64,000 bases of DNA from positions 1-64,000 of the forward strand of contig OX337236.1 of NCBI GenBank assembly GCA_946965045.2, given 5' to 3'. Source of the stretch: Epithemia pelagica. Taxonomy: Eukaryota > Protista > Bacillariophyta. The translations under genes and the position numbers were made by a program. The notes below the pieces were generated by a model. It ran no database searches. It was not told the origin of the DNA and worked only from the letters and a program-made list of their open reading frames with translations. Shown in pieces: positions 19,953 to 33,300 of this stretch (within the stretch, counting starts at the first letter, position 1; every line of letters starts with the position of its first letter).

Positions 19953-20599
19953 GTTCTTCTCAATAGAGTGTACTCCGAATATCTGAAGTATTCCCAATCG
20001 AACCAATCGTTTCCGGTTTCGGATTTCCTAGATTCCACCCAGCAAAGCAGAGGTTCACACGCGATGGGGTCGTTGTCACCCACTAATTTGCAGATCGTTC
20101 GCAGCAACCTGAACAGACACAAGTTTCGGTCGAGACTTCCTTCTCCACCAAGAAGCTTTCATAAACATGTATTGTTTGTAACTTTCACGGACGTCAACAA
20201 GTCAGTATTGTATGCAAGAGATGGTCTATATTCGGTTGGTAGATTCGCAACGTCGGCTGCCGCGAGTGCTCATTGTGTATGGACCACATGCACCTCGCCC
20301 CTTGTAGCCCCACGAAAAGTATGCCTTCAATCAATCGATCTGTAACGTGGTGGGGTGGCAGAAAATGGTTTCGGGGGCTGCACAAAAGCGAGAGAAAGAG
20401 GGGGGGACACCGCACCTATTTTCCAACCAAACTACCTACGCTACTCTCTACGGAAGCGGTCTCTCCGTAGTCCGTATTGTAGTCCGCACACATCGAAGCG
20501 TGTTTCCTACTCCACTCCTACAGCAACTGAACTGCAACGAGCGGCAATGCATACACACTCACTCGCACGTGACGAGAAAGTTCTAAATGTTCATTCTCT

Positions 20600-22690
20600 T
20601 TACTCTTGACCTAGCGCTTCGAGTTGTTTTAAAAACGATGCGGCATTGAGGACTTCGGTACTTCCATAGGTGACTCGTCGTTTGTCGGAGGACAACATTT
20701 GCAAGTTTTGATACTCACTGTAGGATCCTCCGCCAATCACAAAACAAATCACCTCCCGTACAGTCGCCCGCGTCATTACTGTGGCCTTGAGCTTGGCCAC
20801 GTCCACGTCTCCCTTTACCTTGGGATCAAGATAGACATAGGTATCGTCTTCTCCCTTGAATTCGCACAAATTTTCCACCACAACCGTGGCATGGTGTTTG
20901 TGGATCTTCCCCAACATGTTCGTCACCTTGTCTGCTGCTTTGGCTAACAAGCCAGTGGCCTGTGTCGTTGCCTTGGCCATGAATGAAGACAGCATGGTAC
21001 TGCTTCCTCCCTTATCCTCATCTTGGACCGAAAGTTCCTGGAGCATGTCGGAGGCCGACGGAAGCATGTGCATGGAACGAAGTTGTTTGAGATACTTCAT
21101 GACCGAGTTTGCCGCTGGATCTCCGGCAAACACGGGAGTCACTTCGTCCAGATCACTGGCCTTGGCCGATGTCGCGAGCGCAAAGACAACGAGCAACCGA
21201 ATCTTGTCGTGGACCGATCCCTTGCTTTCTGTACTCAATTGTTGAAGGACATCCTTTTTGGCCTTGGCCATGTCATTCTTGTACTGGCCAGTCGCCAAGG
21301 CAGACTCGAGCTCAAAGAATTGAGGGACATCTCGTGCCGCCACTTGATTCATCACGGCTTGAAGAATACTGGTATGGACTTCGAGTTGCTTTTTGCGATC
21401 CAACAGGGCTGGCAAGGAATCCACCGCCGAGGCCAAGTCATTGGCCCCAGCATTGGCAAAGGGGTCGGATGGCCCTTTCGAGTTGCTAGTATTGTTGTTG
21501 TTGGAGGTGGTGGATCGAATTTCTTGTTCGCGTGCCGTGACTTGTTGCAGTTCCGAACCATTGCTTTCAATGGCTTCCGGGAAGGGCTGGAATTTGTGCG
21601 CTTTGTAAAAGGGATCCTTATCCGGGTCCAAATCAAACTTTTTGGTGACAGTCTTGGGTCGTTTCGCATCGGGATCCAAAACGACTTGGAATTCCACACG
21701 ATTGGCATTGTGTTGCAGCAAGTCGTCAATCAGGGCTTGGTAGGTACTACAATGTTGGACAGCGGTAATCAAATCAGAACTCCGATCCAAAATCACTAGC
21801 AAGGGTCGAGACAGAGAAGTTGCCTTTTTGCGCAACAAGGTCGGGTGCTCGGCCACCATTTTGTTCAGTTTGCGAGCCACCATTTCGCATGCTCCACCCT
21901 AATAATATCATAAAAAACGACAAGTACAAGGAAACGGCAAGGGTTGATTCCCCACAAATCAGTGTAAGAGACCATATCAGCAGCTCCGCATTATACCATT
22001 CAACATGAGACAAGAGCAACCACAATAAGAACGTACTCGAGGACACCGAATAATAGGTATCTGCCCAGTAGTGGCAACGACTGAGAATAATCCGTATGCG
22101 ATATCAGTCATTGTTTGCTCCATCATGACTTCGGTTGTTTTGGCAGAATTAATAATCTGATAGGAGTTTGCCTTGTGTAGCGAGAAGAGTGATTGTTCGA
22201 GGCAGACAAAATCGAGATATTGATCGTGAACGGAGGCAATCCGATCCAAGGATCCTGACTGCACGACAAGTTGAGCAAAGTCTTCCATCAGTGATCGATC
22301 CAGTTTGGTGCAAAAGTTTAAATGAGCGCGTTGGTAAAGGCCACTAGCACAATCTTGGGCAATCCGCGCGAGATTTTGTTTGGTCGGAAAGCAAAAGTAA
22401 ATGGCCGGTACATCTGGAATGGCTTCTCGCTCGCTGTTGATCAAAAGATGCAAGGTCACACCCCGACGTCGCAATTGCTGAACACTCATGATTGGGCTGA
22501 TAATTGACCGGCAGGCAGCATCGTAAATCAGAATCTTCCATTGGTTGTGCGACGATCCAGCCGGAGGCAATTGGTATTCGGCCTCCACCGTGGTCGCAGT
22601 TTCCTCGTTAAAGGCAAGCAGCCGATGAACCGCTTGAAGCTGACATGCCTTGAGCGAGGATGTGTCGTCGCCTGGAAGTTGCATTGTCAC
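20600..22690 (-). CDS. SLY1: Sec1/Munc18 family protein Sly1 (SCFD1); exons 22037-22690 and 20600-21898
   Basis: WKILIYD..IISP..LRRRGVTLHLLI..R.AIPDVPAIYF; LLVILDRSSDL; PFPEAIE; FVIGGGSYSEYQNL; YGSTE. The GT-AG intron 21899-22036 joins PR|GGACEMVA in frame. Confidence 0.95.
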
Positions 22691-23055
22691 TTGTCACGGA
22701 TCTCTGTTTCGTCGTCAGGTTCTGGACCTTCGTATCCAACAACAACAAAAGAGCGCAGTTGCTCTGTTGAGTCGTCGTCACGAGATTGTAGATGCTGTTT
22801 TTTGTTCTCGATGACCCCGAAATGTCCTCTTGCCCTCTGTTTTCTACAATATCACCCCCGCCCCGGAATCGATCGATTCACGGGACGAAGTCAGAAAAAA
22901 GGGGTGTCTCGTTGAACGCTTTGAGCCCCCAAATCACTCTTTGTCCCTCCCCCAAAAATCGCGATTTTACCCGCGCGCGATCTAATAGCTGTCAAAAAGC
23001 GACCAATAACATTTTACACACACACACGCGGTCACAGTCATATTATAGATTCACC

Positions 23056-23869
23056 ATGGTGCCGCTGATTTTGGTATCGACTGCCTTTTTATTGTTCTGG
23101 ACTCCTGGCAATGCCATGCCGTCGCTGATGGTTGAGGCAGGTCAGTCGAAATGTATCATATTCGAAGCGGCAATGGACACAATCGTCAAGATCGACTATC
23201 AGGCACCCGGTACGTCTTCTTGTTGTTCTTTTGGTTACCAGTTTTGTTGCATAGATTGCAGTGGTTCTCACGGAACGCACCTCGACAGATATTGTGGTGG
23301 ACACCTCCGATCCGGTCTATTCTCCATCGCATATATCAGTGGATGTGAGACCCAGCAATCGAGTGATTGAAACCAAACACCACGAGGCACCGGTACGGAG
23401 CAATTTGAAACCGACCAAGCAAGTGTTGGATGCCAAGGAAGGACGTATCAAACACAAATTTGAAAAGGATGGGGAAGCCGATATATGCTTCAAAGCACCG
23501 GAACGACCGAAACGGGGTGCGCACAACAAAAACGATGAAAAGCCGCACTTTTATCGGTTTACCTATCATGTGCGTGTGGCGGACGGTTTGGACGGCGAGG
23601 ATGAAGAGGGAAGCCCCCAACAGGCCGATATCAACAGTCATTTAAGTCATATGGAAAAAGAATTTCAACGGATTGAACGAGGGATGCACACAATTCTACG
23701 AGAGGCCGAATTCTCAAAGGAACGCGAAGCTCATTTCCACAAACAAACCGAAAGTATGAACAGTGCCGCCATGTTTTGGCCGATTGTTCAAGTGTGCGTG
23801 CTCTTAATGACTGGATTCACGCAGGCAAGTCATATTGTTCAATTCTTTAAACGTCGGAGAATCATTTAG
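23056..23869 (+). CDS. p24/emp24/TMED family cargo receptor; exons 23056-23209 and 23289-23869
   Basis: Signal peptide, GOLD-like cysteines, coiled coil (EREAHFHKQTESMN), C-terminal TM plus FFKRRRII tail. The intron is GT-AG and in frame. Confidence 0.9.
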
Positions 23870-24151
23870 CTCTCGAGGGATGGATGATTGCTGTCCAACG
23901 AACGGAAACGAAACGTGATTCCAGCGAATCCGTCGTTACAGGATTTCTAAACTCTTCTTAATTGATGCATATGGACAAGGGAGTCGTTCGTATCCAAGAG
24001 AAACCATGATAGTATCAGCAGGACCCAATACATGAACAGACTATCTTCAGTGGTTGTAAGGACTATAGAGGTCGCTCTAGCTACCCTAGCTATGTATGTA
24101 AGTGTAGTTTGATTTCTGCGGGTTTTTTTTGCTTTTTCCGATCTTTTCACA

Positions 24152-25740
24152 ATGACGGTTACGTCGAACAACGGTCCAAACACACGTTCTGGGCTCAGAA
24201 AAGATACAGAAAGAGTCATGGAGATCCCTTCTCATCCGTCCGGGGAAACGGAACGAGATCCTCTTCTCGGCCAAGCAAGAAGGTCACCGAATACGAACCG
24301 AGCTCGACCAACACTCAGCAAACTCGCTTCTAGGAGACGCAGTAGCCGGCAAATGAGGCGTATCCGAGAAATACAAAACGAGCAGTCGGTATTGAAAAGC
24401 GTCTTCCCACAAGAAGGTGGTGGGGCGGTGGGTCGAGGAAACCGTGATGCGCCACAGTTCTCGTCGCATGTCGATTCAACTCAACGCTCTGGATCGCAAC
24501 GAACGCACAAACACTCGTTCCTCTTTTCCATGTTGAATGCGCAGTCACATTCACTCCAAGCTCATATCTTCAAGACCTTTATTGGAATGGTTATTCTGGT
24601 GGATCTTGTCCTATTCATCATTTCCAATAGCCAGAAGATTGACATGCCATACGCCGAAGGGATTGTAAGCACCATCTTTTGCATTGAATATGTCCTTCGA
24701 TTGGTCACCATTGTAGAAAGTCGCAAGTATTCGCATCCATTCTGGGGCCGCCTAGCCTATATGCGAACGTGGTCCGCTGTTGTGGATCTTCTTGCGACGC
24801 TTCCCTGGTTTGTCGAGCTCTTTTCCGGTTGGGATTTACCGACTCTGACCTATCTACGATTCTTTCGTCTCATTCGGATCCTCAAGACAGAAGGATACGC
24901 AAGGGCAATGGACACAGTGTACCGAGTTGTCTACTACAATGCTGAGATTCTCTATGTGGCGTCCCTTCTTTGCATCTATCTTGTCCTGTTCACCGCGGTC
25001 TTGTTGTACTATTTCAGACCTGCCAACGCGTCTTCTGCCACGGCCGATTCTCAGTTCAACAGTATCGCCTCCACAATGTACTTGTCGGCACTCATTCTCA
25101 CCGGTCAAGGCGGTCCAGACGAAGAAGGTCTTCCCTGGTACACTCGTGCGATTGTTCTCATGACCTCAGTCTTTTGTAAGTGGTTGGTTGCCTTTTGGCG
25201 ATGTGTTTGTTGCAAATGTACATATGAAACTCATCATTGTACCTCGGTATCACAGCTATTCCCATGTTCGCTATTCCTGCATCCATGTTGACCTGGGGAT
25301 TTGAGGCCGAGGCTGAGCGTATGGCCAAACAATCAAGAAAAAGAGCAATCAAGCGACGAGAAAGGGAGGAGTCTCAAAGCAGCGGCCTGGGCGGCATGAA
25401 TTATGGATCCTCTTCTACCTCTTCCTTCGATTCGGATGACAACACCACCGACGAAGAGTATTTTAAGCTGATTGCTGGTGAGGACGACGACGATGATGAC
25501 GATAGCCTGGAAGACCCTCGACTTCGTGAACTCCGTGACCAGTTTCGCAACTCGGACAAGAGCCAAGACGGAAATTTGACACTCTCTGAATTCATTGCTC
25601 TCAGCGACAAGAACCGATGGGATTCTCGTCCCGCGGGTCGAGATGATTTGGAAGGACGGCTACGTGTCCTGGAGGATTCCATGGTTTCCACAAACGCCAA
25701 GCTAGATCGCATCTTGCAACTTTTGGAACGACAAACGTAG
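24152..25740 (+). CDS. Voltage-gated-type 6-TM ion channel (Kv-like Ion_trans) with atypical filter LTGQGG and C-terminal EF-hand; exons 24152-25175 and 25256-25740
   Basis: S2 FCIEYVLRL, S3 VVDLLATLP, S4 LRFFRLIRILK, S5, pore helix FNSIASTMY, S6 FAIPASML, EF-hand DKSQDGNLTLSEF. Confidence 0.85.
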
Positions 25741-25947
25741 ATTGTGTTTTGAATCTCAGTATAATCGCTAGCAATCACCTTCGCATTGACGAACATGTCG
25801 AAGCACTTTTCTTTCAATGAGATCCTCAATGCCTCTGGATGTCTTGAGTCAGATCAAAAGCATACACGATCTGTCGTCAGGAAAGAGCCTCTTTTCTGAA
25901 CTGTCTCTGGGATGAAACTCAGTACAATCGGCCGACTGCATGGCTGA

Positions 25948-28311
25948 TCAGCTCTTATCTTTGAGTTTCGATTCCTTGTATGATCGGTCCAGTTGGTCCA
26001 ACTCTTTTATAGCTGGATCAAGTTTCTCGTACCTGCTCTGGGCCAGGGTGAATCCTTCGCGCCGAACCTCTTTCGACGAGTCCGCCGTCACCATAGCATT
26101 CCATGTCTCGCAAGTTCTCGCATAGAAATCGGCTAGACTTTCTCCTGGATGAGGAGTCTTTTGTTCGTCCGACATGTCAAACTCCTCGACAATCTCCTTC
26201 ATTCGGGCGCGAATTTGAGATCGCTTGGTTTTCTCACTCACAGCCTGTTTGGTGTCATCTTTCTCGTCTCCATCTACGGGATCGTCGTCCTCTCCTTCTG
26301 CTGCATTGTCATTGTTGCTATAATAGCTGTCGTCATCGTCGTGAATGGCACCTTTCCAAACTTGTTTGTGCATGGATCCTCCCCAGATGCAGTTCCACTT
26401 GTCGCGTTTCTTCAAATCGATGGACCACATGTCATCCATTGTAACTTCGCGATCTCCAATTTCCAAAAGCCCTCCATAAACATATAGGGTGTTGCCTGCA
26501 ATGGCTAGTTTCGCATTGATCCGAGGCAATGGTTCCTGTCGAGACACTGCTTCCGGCTGATTGGTTTCGGGATTCATGACCATTACAGAAGACGAAGACA
26601 CCAAAGAACCACTTTTCCCTGACTCCGAAATGCCGTCAGATGTCTTCCCATTCTTTCGTGGCTCTTCCGCTACTGACGATTCGTTGGTCTCCTCAATCTC
26701 TTCCTTTTCCTCATCTTTTTCTTCATCTTCTTCGTCATCGTCCTCATCCTCTTTTTCTTCGTCCTTTTCTTCATTTTCACTGGCTCTTTCCCCACATCCT
26801 TCGTCGTCACTGTCCTCAAATTTCTCATACACAACATTGCCTTGCCCATCAATAAAGGCAAACATGTTGGATCGGAGCTTTTCCAAGTCCCACCCACTTT
26901 CTGTTGGTCTATCATTCTTGGAAAATTCAGTCGTTTCTTCGTCGTCTTGTTCCAAGTCAATGATTTCATCGTCTTCTTCATCTCCTTCACTCTCCCCGTC
27001 TTGTTCCTCTTGTGTTTCTTGTATGGAACGATTCTCTGGTGGCTTGCGTCTTCGTCGTCGGCCACCCGATTTGTTGTTGTTATTGTTGTTGTGAATTTGA
27101 ATGGGAAACCATTTGCGTCGATTGGGATCAAACCCAAACAAATCGCCATAAAAAATGGAATTCACACGATGATGCACCCGTTCTTCGTCCACGACACCTC
27201 CAAAACACAGCATCATCTTGTCGCGAAAGGCCACAGAACTGGTACCGGCCCGTCCATTGGGAGAGGATGCATGCATCGTCATCAACGAGGTTCGTGCGAT
27301 GGTGGACGTCAATCGTTCCCACGTCGGTGGACTATACGACGGCTCAGCCAACAACGGCTGGAGATTGAGACGCCAGGCGTCGTTGTGAACCTTGGTTTCC
27401 GAAGGAACCCGAAACGACGAACTTGGGGCGGTCCCCCCTGTTACATGGACTGTTGGACCATCCGCTCCTCGCGTGGACGAGGACAGTTTGGAAAAGCCTC
27501 CATGGACAATCATGGCATTTTCCAAAATGGCCGCATTGCATCCCGATCGTGGTTCGGGACGGGCGGCCCATTTCGAATGAGGTATGTCTAGCCAGGTATG
27601 GGTCCGCAAATCCAATATACACACATCATGGAACCATTTGGGTTGCGTATCGGCTTCGTAAAATCCTCCAAAGACAATCATGAACTGTTTCCATACCAAG
27701 GCTGTATGACCCGATCGAGCCGAAGGATGAGTTCCCACCGCCTTGGATGGTTTGATTTCTTGCCAGGTCAAAGTTTTCAAATCGAACCTCCACAAATCCT
27801 TGTAATGATGATAGTCGTTGGCCGAGGTGACTTCTCCTCCAAAGACATAGAGGGCATGATTGTAGTAGACACAGGAATGGGCGCATCGAGGAGGGGGCGA
27901 TGTCGGTGTATGAATTTGTTTCCATTCTTGTTTGGTGGGATTGTACGACAACAAATGATCCAAGACGATATTGTCGACACCATTGTAGAATTCGCCGCCA
28001 AACAGATAGAGCTCGGCATGCTTCTTCTTGACGTCATCGTACAAGGTCAAGGAGGCATTGGCACGTGCCAAGGGAAAGCCAGAAAGGACTTGGACTTGAG
28101 CCGAAGCAAGTGCTTTGCGATCCGTCGAGGAATATTGGAGCAACAAGGAGTCCAAACTGTCGTTCTGCTGGTGTGGCTGTGCCGAATCATTGCTTTTGGC
28201 TTCCTTGTCGAGCCGTTTGCGAGCGGTCTTGTCGGCCTTGGCTTCTTTGCGGGCTTGCAATGCCGCCTTTTTCTCAAGGTCCACTTTTTTGCCCTTTTTG
28301 CCCTTGGCCAT
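25948..28311 (-). CDS. KLHDC4: Kelch domain-containing protein 4 (Kel3-like)
   Basis: Basic N-terminus, kelch repeats (LYLFGGEFY, LYVFGGE, SARSGH, MIVFGGF, LYVYGG), acidic tracts, C-terminal TPHPGESLADFYART. Confidence 0.88.
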   Translation of the reverse strand: MAKGKKGKKVDLEKKAALQARKEAKADKTARKRLDKEAKSNDSAQPHQQNDSLDSLLLQYSSTDRKALASAQVQVLSGFPLARANASLTLYDDVKKKHAELYLFGGEFYNGVDNIVLDHLLSYNPTKQEWKQIHTPTSPPPRCAHSCVYYNHALYVFGGEVTSANDYHHYKDLWRFDLKTLTWQEIKPSKAVGTHPSARSGHTALVWKQFMIVFGGFYEADTQPKWFHDVCILDLRTHTWLDIPHSKWAARPEPRSGCNAAILENAMIVHGGFSKLSSSTRGADGPTVHVTGGTAPSSSFRVPSETKVHNDAWRLNLQPLLAEPSYSPPTWERLTSTIARTSLMTMHASSPNGRAGTSSVAFRDKMMLCFGGVVDEERVHHRVNSIFYGDLFGFDPNRRKWFPIQIHNNNNNNKSGGRRRRRKPPENRSIQETQEEQDGESEGDEEDDEIIDLEQDDEETTEFSKNDRPTESGWDLEKLRSNMFAFIDGQGNVVYEKFEDSDDEGCGERASENEEKDEEKEDEDDDEEDEEKDEEKEEIEETNESSVAEEPRKNGKTSDGISESGKSGSLVSSSSVMVMNPETNQPEAVSRQEPLPRINAKLAIAGNTLYVYGGLLEIGDREVTMDDMWSIDLKKRDKWNCIWGGSMHKQVWKGAIHDDDDSYYSNNDNAAEGEDDDPVDGDEKDDTKQAVSEKTKRSQIRARMKEIVEEFDMSDEQKTPHPGESLADFYARTCETWNAMVTADSSKEVRREGFTLAQSRYEKLDPAIKELDQLDRSYKESKLKDKS

Positions 28312-28819
28312 GGTCGGAACGAGACGAGTATAGCGCGAGAGAAAAGTTGATTCAATGAATGGATGCGATGGAGTGGCACATCGATGGGGGTGTGGCTGGC
28401 CTTATGTCTACGGATTATGGTAGCTATCCGTTCGAAAAGGAACATCAACGTTGTCTCTAGATATAGGATAGTCTGTCCTGAACTCTCTCCACATCCAAGG
28501 ACTTTCAACCAGGCAGTGAAAAATAGAAGTGCTGTGCTATAAGCACCAACACCTTTCCGCTTGCTGGTATTCCTAACCTCTCTCTTAATTGTATACTATT
28601 GGACAACACCAATCGCTATCTAACAACATAGAGATAGCCTTTCAGTGAATGCTCCTATGATTGTTTCTGGAAGGACTGAGAAAATATAAAAGAGCCGCTA
28701 TAAAAAGTATTAACACTTGTTGGTTTATCCGTTACGGGCGACTAAAAAGGAATGGAACTATATAAATCTACCCATGATACTCTCTCTCTCTCTCGTTGAC
28801 AACAATCGATTGGCAGTTG

Positions 28820-29959
28820 TTACAGAATGGTTTCGGCAAATTCGTCCTTCCAGCAAATTGGCAATGGAGTCTTGTCTTGTTGTGGTTGTTCCAGTTGTTT
28901 CGCTTGCGGACTACTACAGGCGGGGTACGAGCCCCCCTTTTTCTCGTAGGCATCACAGACGACGGTCAAAAAGTCCTTTTGCTGTTCGGCTTCGTCCATG
29001 TCATTGAGATTTTGTCCATCGAGAATGATCCAGGGGACATAGGTGTGTGGGGGTGTGGCGGCACTGGCCGCCTGAAGCATGTCCCAGGCCTCGTGATCAT
29101 GACACGCTTGAATGGCAGGAAACCACAAGTGATGGTCCTGGGCACACTGACGAATGAGACAGGGACACACGGTACTATCATCGTTGTCGTCCCCGTCCTT
29201 CTGGGATTCCTCCATGGGACGACTCGACGCAACCTTGTGCGTCAAACACTCGAGAAAGGGCACGTATCGTGTGGCATCCGGATACAAGTGAATTCTGGAA
29301 TCGTGCAACACAGTAGTTGTTGTAAGATATATAGACCGAGCTACGAGAGAATCAATCCTTCCAAGCGCGATTCATTTTTGGGTTTGGTGCCTTTCTCTCC
29401 AAGTAATGGTTTTACTACTTACGCACAAAGTTCCCACACATTGGCATCGCATTCCTTGGGACCGTGTTGACACGTTACTTGATGCTGTTCGGCATTGGTA
29501 ATTTCGGCATTGCCAAAGGGAACCATGGTCAATTTCATGACCGAGGGTCCCAAGGTTTCAACGGCCTTGGTCAAGTCGGTTTGAATAAACTGTTTGCAAC
29601 CCGGACTGGATGTACAGGTTGTCATGATTCGTATAGTATTGTTTGTAGAATTTGGAATGCGCGCAAGTGAGATGTCAGAGAGTGGTTAAGCAACAGTTTT
29701 CCAAGTTGGTCTCACTCTCACTCTCAAACAAACAAACAAACAAACACAACATCCGCCCACAGAGCACTCACCACATGGCTTCCGTCAAGACGACCACGTC
29801 GACTGGATCCACAACCGGAGGATCGTTCACAACGACAGCATGGTTGCCGCTTCGAAGAGCAGAATGCTGTTCCGCAGCACGCGACGACCCCCAAAGTGTG
29901 GTTGTCACAACTGCAACCACAAAGGATCGTCCCACGAGTGTATTCCTCATCATTGTCAT
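28820..29959 (-). CDS. GILT-like thiol reductase; exons 29772-29959, 29423-29605, 28820-29294
   Basis: The spliced product reads VDVVVLTEAMCPGC (CxxC), VPFGNA, CQHGPKEC..N, C..YVPWI, VCDAY. Two GT-AG introns in frame; N-terminal signal peptide. Confidence 0.9.
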
Positions 29960-30339
29960 GGTGTGTTGATCTCTTTTGATCTGGATCTTTTGGAGAACGA
30001 AGAAAAAAAAGAAAAAAGATCCGCCGGGCACCCTCGCGCGCGCGCTCTGTGCGCGCCACCCTAACACTCTGCCGGCGACATTCAAGGATGTCTGCAGTAG
30101 CTATACTATTATTTTATATCCATACATAGAGAGGACACACCTAGTTTTTTGACATCGTCCATTTTGGGGACGACAATGAGGCAACGGCGCTTTTGATCGT
30201 TCCGATCCCCTCCAACGATAGTAGTTTCTGGAAAATCGAATCATTGAACAAAACATACAAGCAAAAGGTCCGTCTTCGTTTGTCCTTTTCCATTCTTTCA
30301 GTGACACAACGTGTGTGTGTGTGACAATCGAAACATACC

Positions 30340-33300
30340 ATGAGCAGTGGTCCTCCTCCGGCTGCGGCATCCACGGCAGCGACCGGTTCTTCGTCCTCGG
30401 GTCGAGGTGGTGGTGGTGGTGGTCGCCGAAGTGGTGGTGGAGGTAGTGGACGGGGTGGAGGTCGAGGTGGTGGACGACAACAAGGAGCACGAGGAGGAGG
30501 AGGAGGACGTGGTGGTGGTACCAACAACAACAACAAGGGTGGATCCTCCTCCTCGAATAACAACAACAATAACAACAACAACGCTGGCGGTGGTGGCAAC
30601 CAAAAACAATTGCGAGGCGGTGGTGGTGGAGGCAATTCCAATCAAAAGGCGGCTGGAAATAACAATAACAAGGGCGGCAAGGGACGTCACCATCACAAGA
30701 AAGATTCCAAAAAAGACAATACCATTAATACCACGGCGCCCTTGTCGGAAGAAGACAAGAAACGATTGGAACAAGAGCGATTGGCTAAGGAAGCCAAGGC
30801 CCGTCAAGAAGAAGAACAAAAGGCGGCGGCGCAACGAGAAAAACAAGCGGCAGCCGCCGCCAAGGCTCGGGCCGATCAACAACGAGCCTTGGATCAAGGC
30901 ATTCAAGAAGATATTACCACCCTGGCAACCCTCATTGACGCGGTTCATCAACACCAAGTATATCGACAAAGCATGTCGGAACCAGCGCTCCAAGAATCCC
31001 GAAAATCCTTTGAACGCAACAAGAAACAACTCAAGACCGATTTGAAAAAATGTACCGCCTTTGTCAAAAAAATCAAATCCGGTGCAGCCTGGTCGCTCAA
31101 ACCGGCCGATGTCGTTCACGATGTGGCCTCGCTCAATTTGAGTCGTTATGTGGAAGAAGTCGTGACGGCCGTGTTGGAAGCCAAACCCAAAGTGACGGAT
31201 CTGCCCGTCATGGTGGCCTTGACGACGGCCATGCACGAACGGTATGCCGACTATTTGCCCAATTTGATTGCCTCCTTGTGGACCTTGGTGTCGCAAAAGG
31301 CCACGGTCGATACCGTCAAGGCGCGACGAGTCTATTTGCGATTGTGGACCGAGTTTTTGGTCTGTGGCGTCGTGACGGATGCTCAACCCTTGCTCCAACT
31401 CGTGGTCGAGGCCGCCGGTCCCAAGGACGGGGGAACCTCGTACGTCGTTCAAGATGCGCATTTGCTCGTGGCCTTTACCAAACAAGCCGGATCGGAACTC
31501 TTGGGCGTTACACCCACCTCCGTTACGGCGGCGGCCACTCGCATTCGAACCGAATATCAACGAAGCATGGAACAATCCGGTGAGCCCACCAATCCGGATG
31601 ACAACAACAAGGACACTGTCGATCGTCCGGTAGTGGCCACGACAGAGTTGGTCCAATCGGGCATGACCCTGGTACAACAGCTTGATCAAGTGTTGGCCGT
31701 ACGCGCGGTCGATGCCAGTGTTTCCAAGGCCGCTCTCACGCATTGTCGAGGAGCCTTTTCCTCCTTGTCCGATTCCTTGGTTCAATCCCATGTCTCGTTG
31801 CAAAAAATGGAACATCGTTGCGAACAAGATCGACTGGTTCTGGGAAGTTTGACTGAGGCCCGGGAACAAAGTTTGGCCGATGCTCGCAAACGCAAGGAAT
31901 CCCTCTTGAAATGCGTCGAACACTTGGCTGATGTCTTGAATCAACCCCTTCCCCAATTGCAAGATGCCCAAGAAGAACTCAATCCGGATGGACCCGGCAT
32001 TGAAGTCTTGACCGCGTCTGCGGGAGGAGATGGTGAAACGACCAATTTGGGACCCTTTGATGATGAAGAAACCCGCGCCTTTTATTGCGATATTCCCGAT
32101 TATGTCACCACCATTCCACCCGCCTTGCTCGGCTTGAGTTTGGAGGCCATTGAAAGCAAAAAGCTCGAAAATATGACCAAATATGGCGGCGATGCAGCCG
32201 ATGCGGACATGGAAGATGACACGGTGGTGGAATCCGACGCAGACTTGGCAGTCAGTGCCGAAGGACTCGACGCCGAATTGGATGCCACCGCGGTGGCCGG
32301 CGATGGTATTGCAGCCACCACCGAGGAAGGAGAAGGTACGTGTGTACAAGGATATCCAAACGTTGGTCTATATTCCGGAGCAATGATTCTCAATACTTGT
32401 TGATTATTCGTTCGTTGGCAGGCGAAGATGAAGAGGATAAAGAAACTCCACGCTACAAGTTGACAGTGTTGCTGGAACAAGAACTGCCCGAATGTCACGG
32501 TCGAGAACAGATTGATGCCATATCGGAACGCTTTTGTTCCAATCATGGATCCTCCAAGAATGCCCGCAAACGATTGGCCAAGACATTGTTTCAGATTCCC
32601 CATGCGCGTCTCGATCTCTTGCCGTTTTATTCTCGAATGGCAGCCACGGTGGATCGAGTGTGGAACGATGCCACCTCACAGCTTTTGGTTGACCTCGAAC
32701 AACAATTTCATGGTCAGGCCAAGTTCAAAAAGAATCAGAATGTGGAATCTCGTATGCGGACAGCTCGGTACATTGGCGAATTGACCAAGTTTCGGGTCGC
32801 TCCACCCATTGTCTTTTTGCGGTGTATTCGTCGGTGTCTCGATGACTTTACCGGAAACAATGTGGATATAGCCTGTTGCCTCTTGGAGTCCTGTGGACGG
32901 TTTCTCTACAAGCTCAAACACACCAACCCCAAAATCACGACTATTATGGAATCCATGGCACGTCTGGGAAAAGCAAAGGTAGGTTGCTGTGGTTCGTACT
33001 CCGATACCAAAGAAGATCTTCACCTGTACGTTGAGAAAGAATCTTACGCCTCTTGACCCGTTTGGGTTAAAAACAAACAAAACAATAGTATCTCGACGAA
33101 CGCCTCCAGTCGTTGATCAAAGCAGCCTTTTTCAGCGTCAAACCACCGCAAAGTGGATCGCGTCGATTGGCCAAAGAGTATCCGCCCTTGGAAGCCTATC
33201 TGCGATACTTGCTCATGGTGCGTTTGGAACCGACCGATGGCACAGTCACGGATGTTGTCAAACAGCTGATGCGATTCCCCTGGAACAATCCCGCTACGGA

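Noticed and set aside
30400-30700. Poly-G/N/Q/T tracts here and in JmjC, DDX42, HSF and IGHMBP2
   Set aside because: Ordinary low-complexity coding microsatellites typical of these genomes.
30298-32349. 683-aa antisense ORF, and similar ones at 17316-18179, 21023-21799, 26842-27591, 27598-28350, 39568-40302, 58904-59611
   Set aside because: Shadow ORFs opposite well-supported genes, expected from codon bias. No independent motifs.
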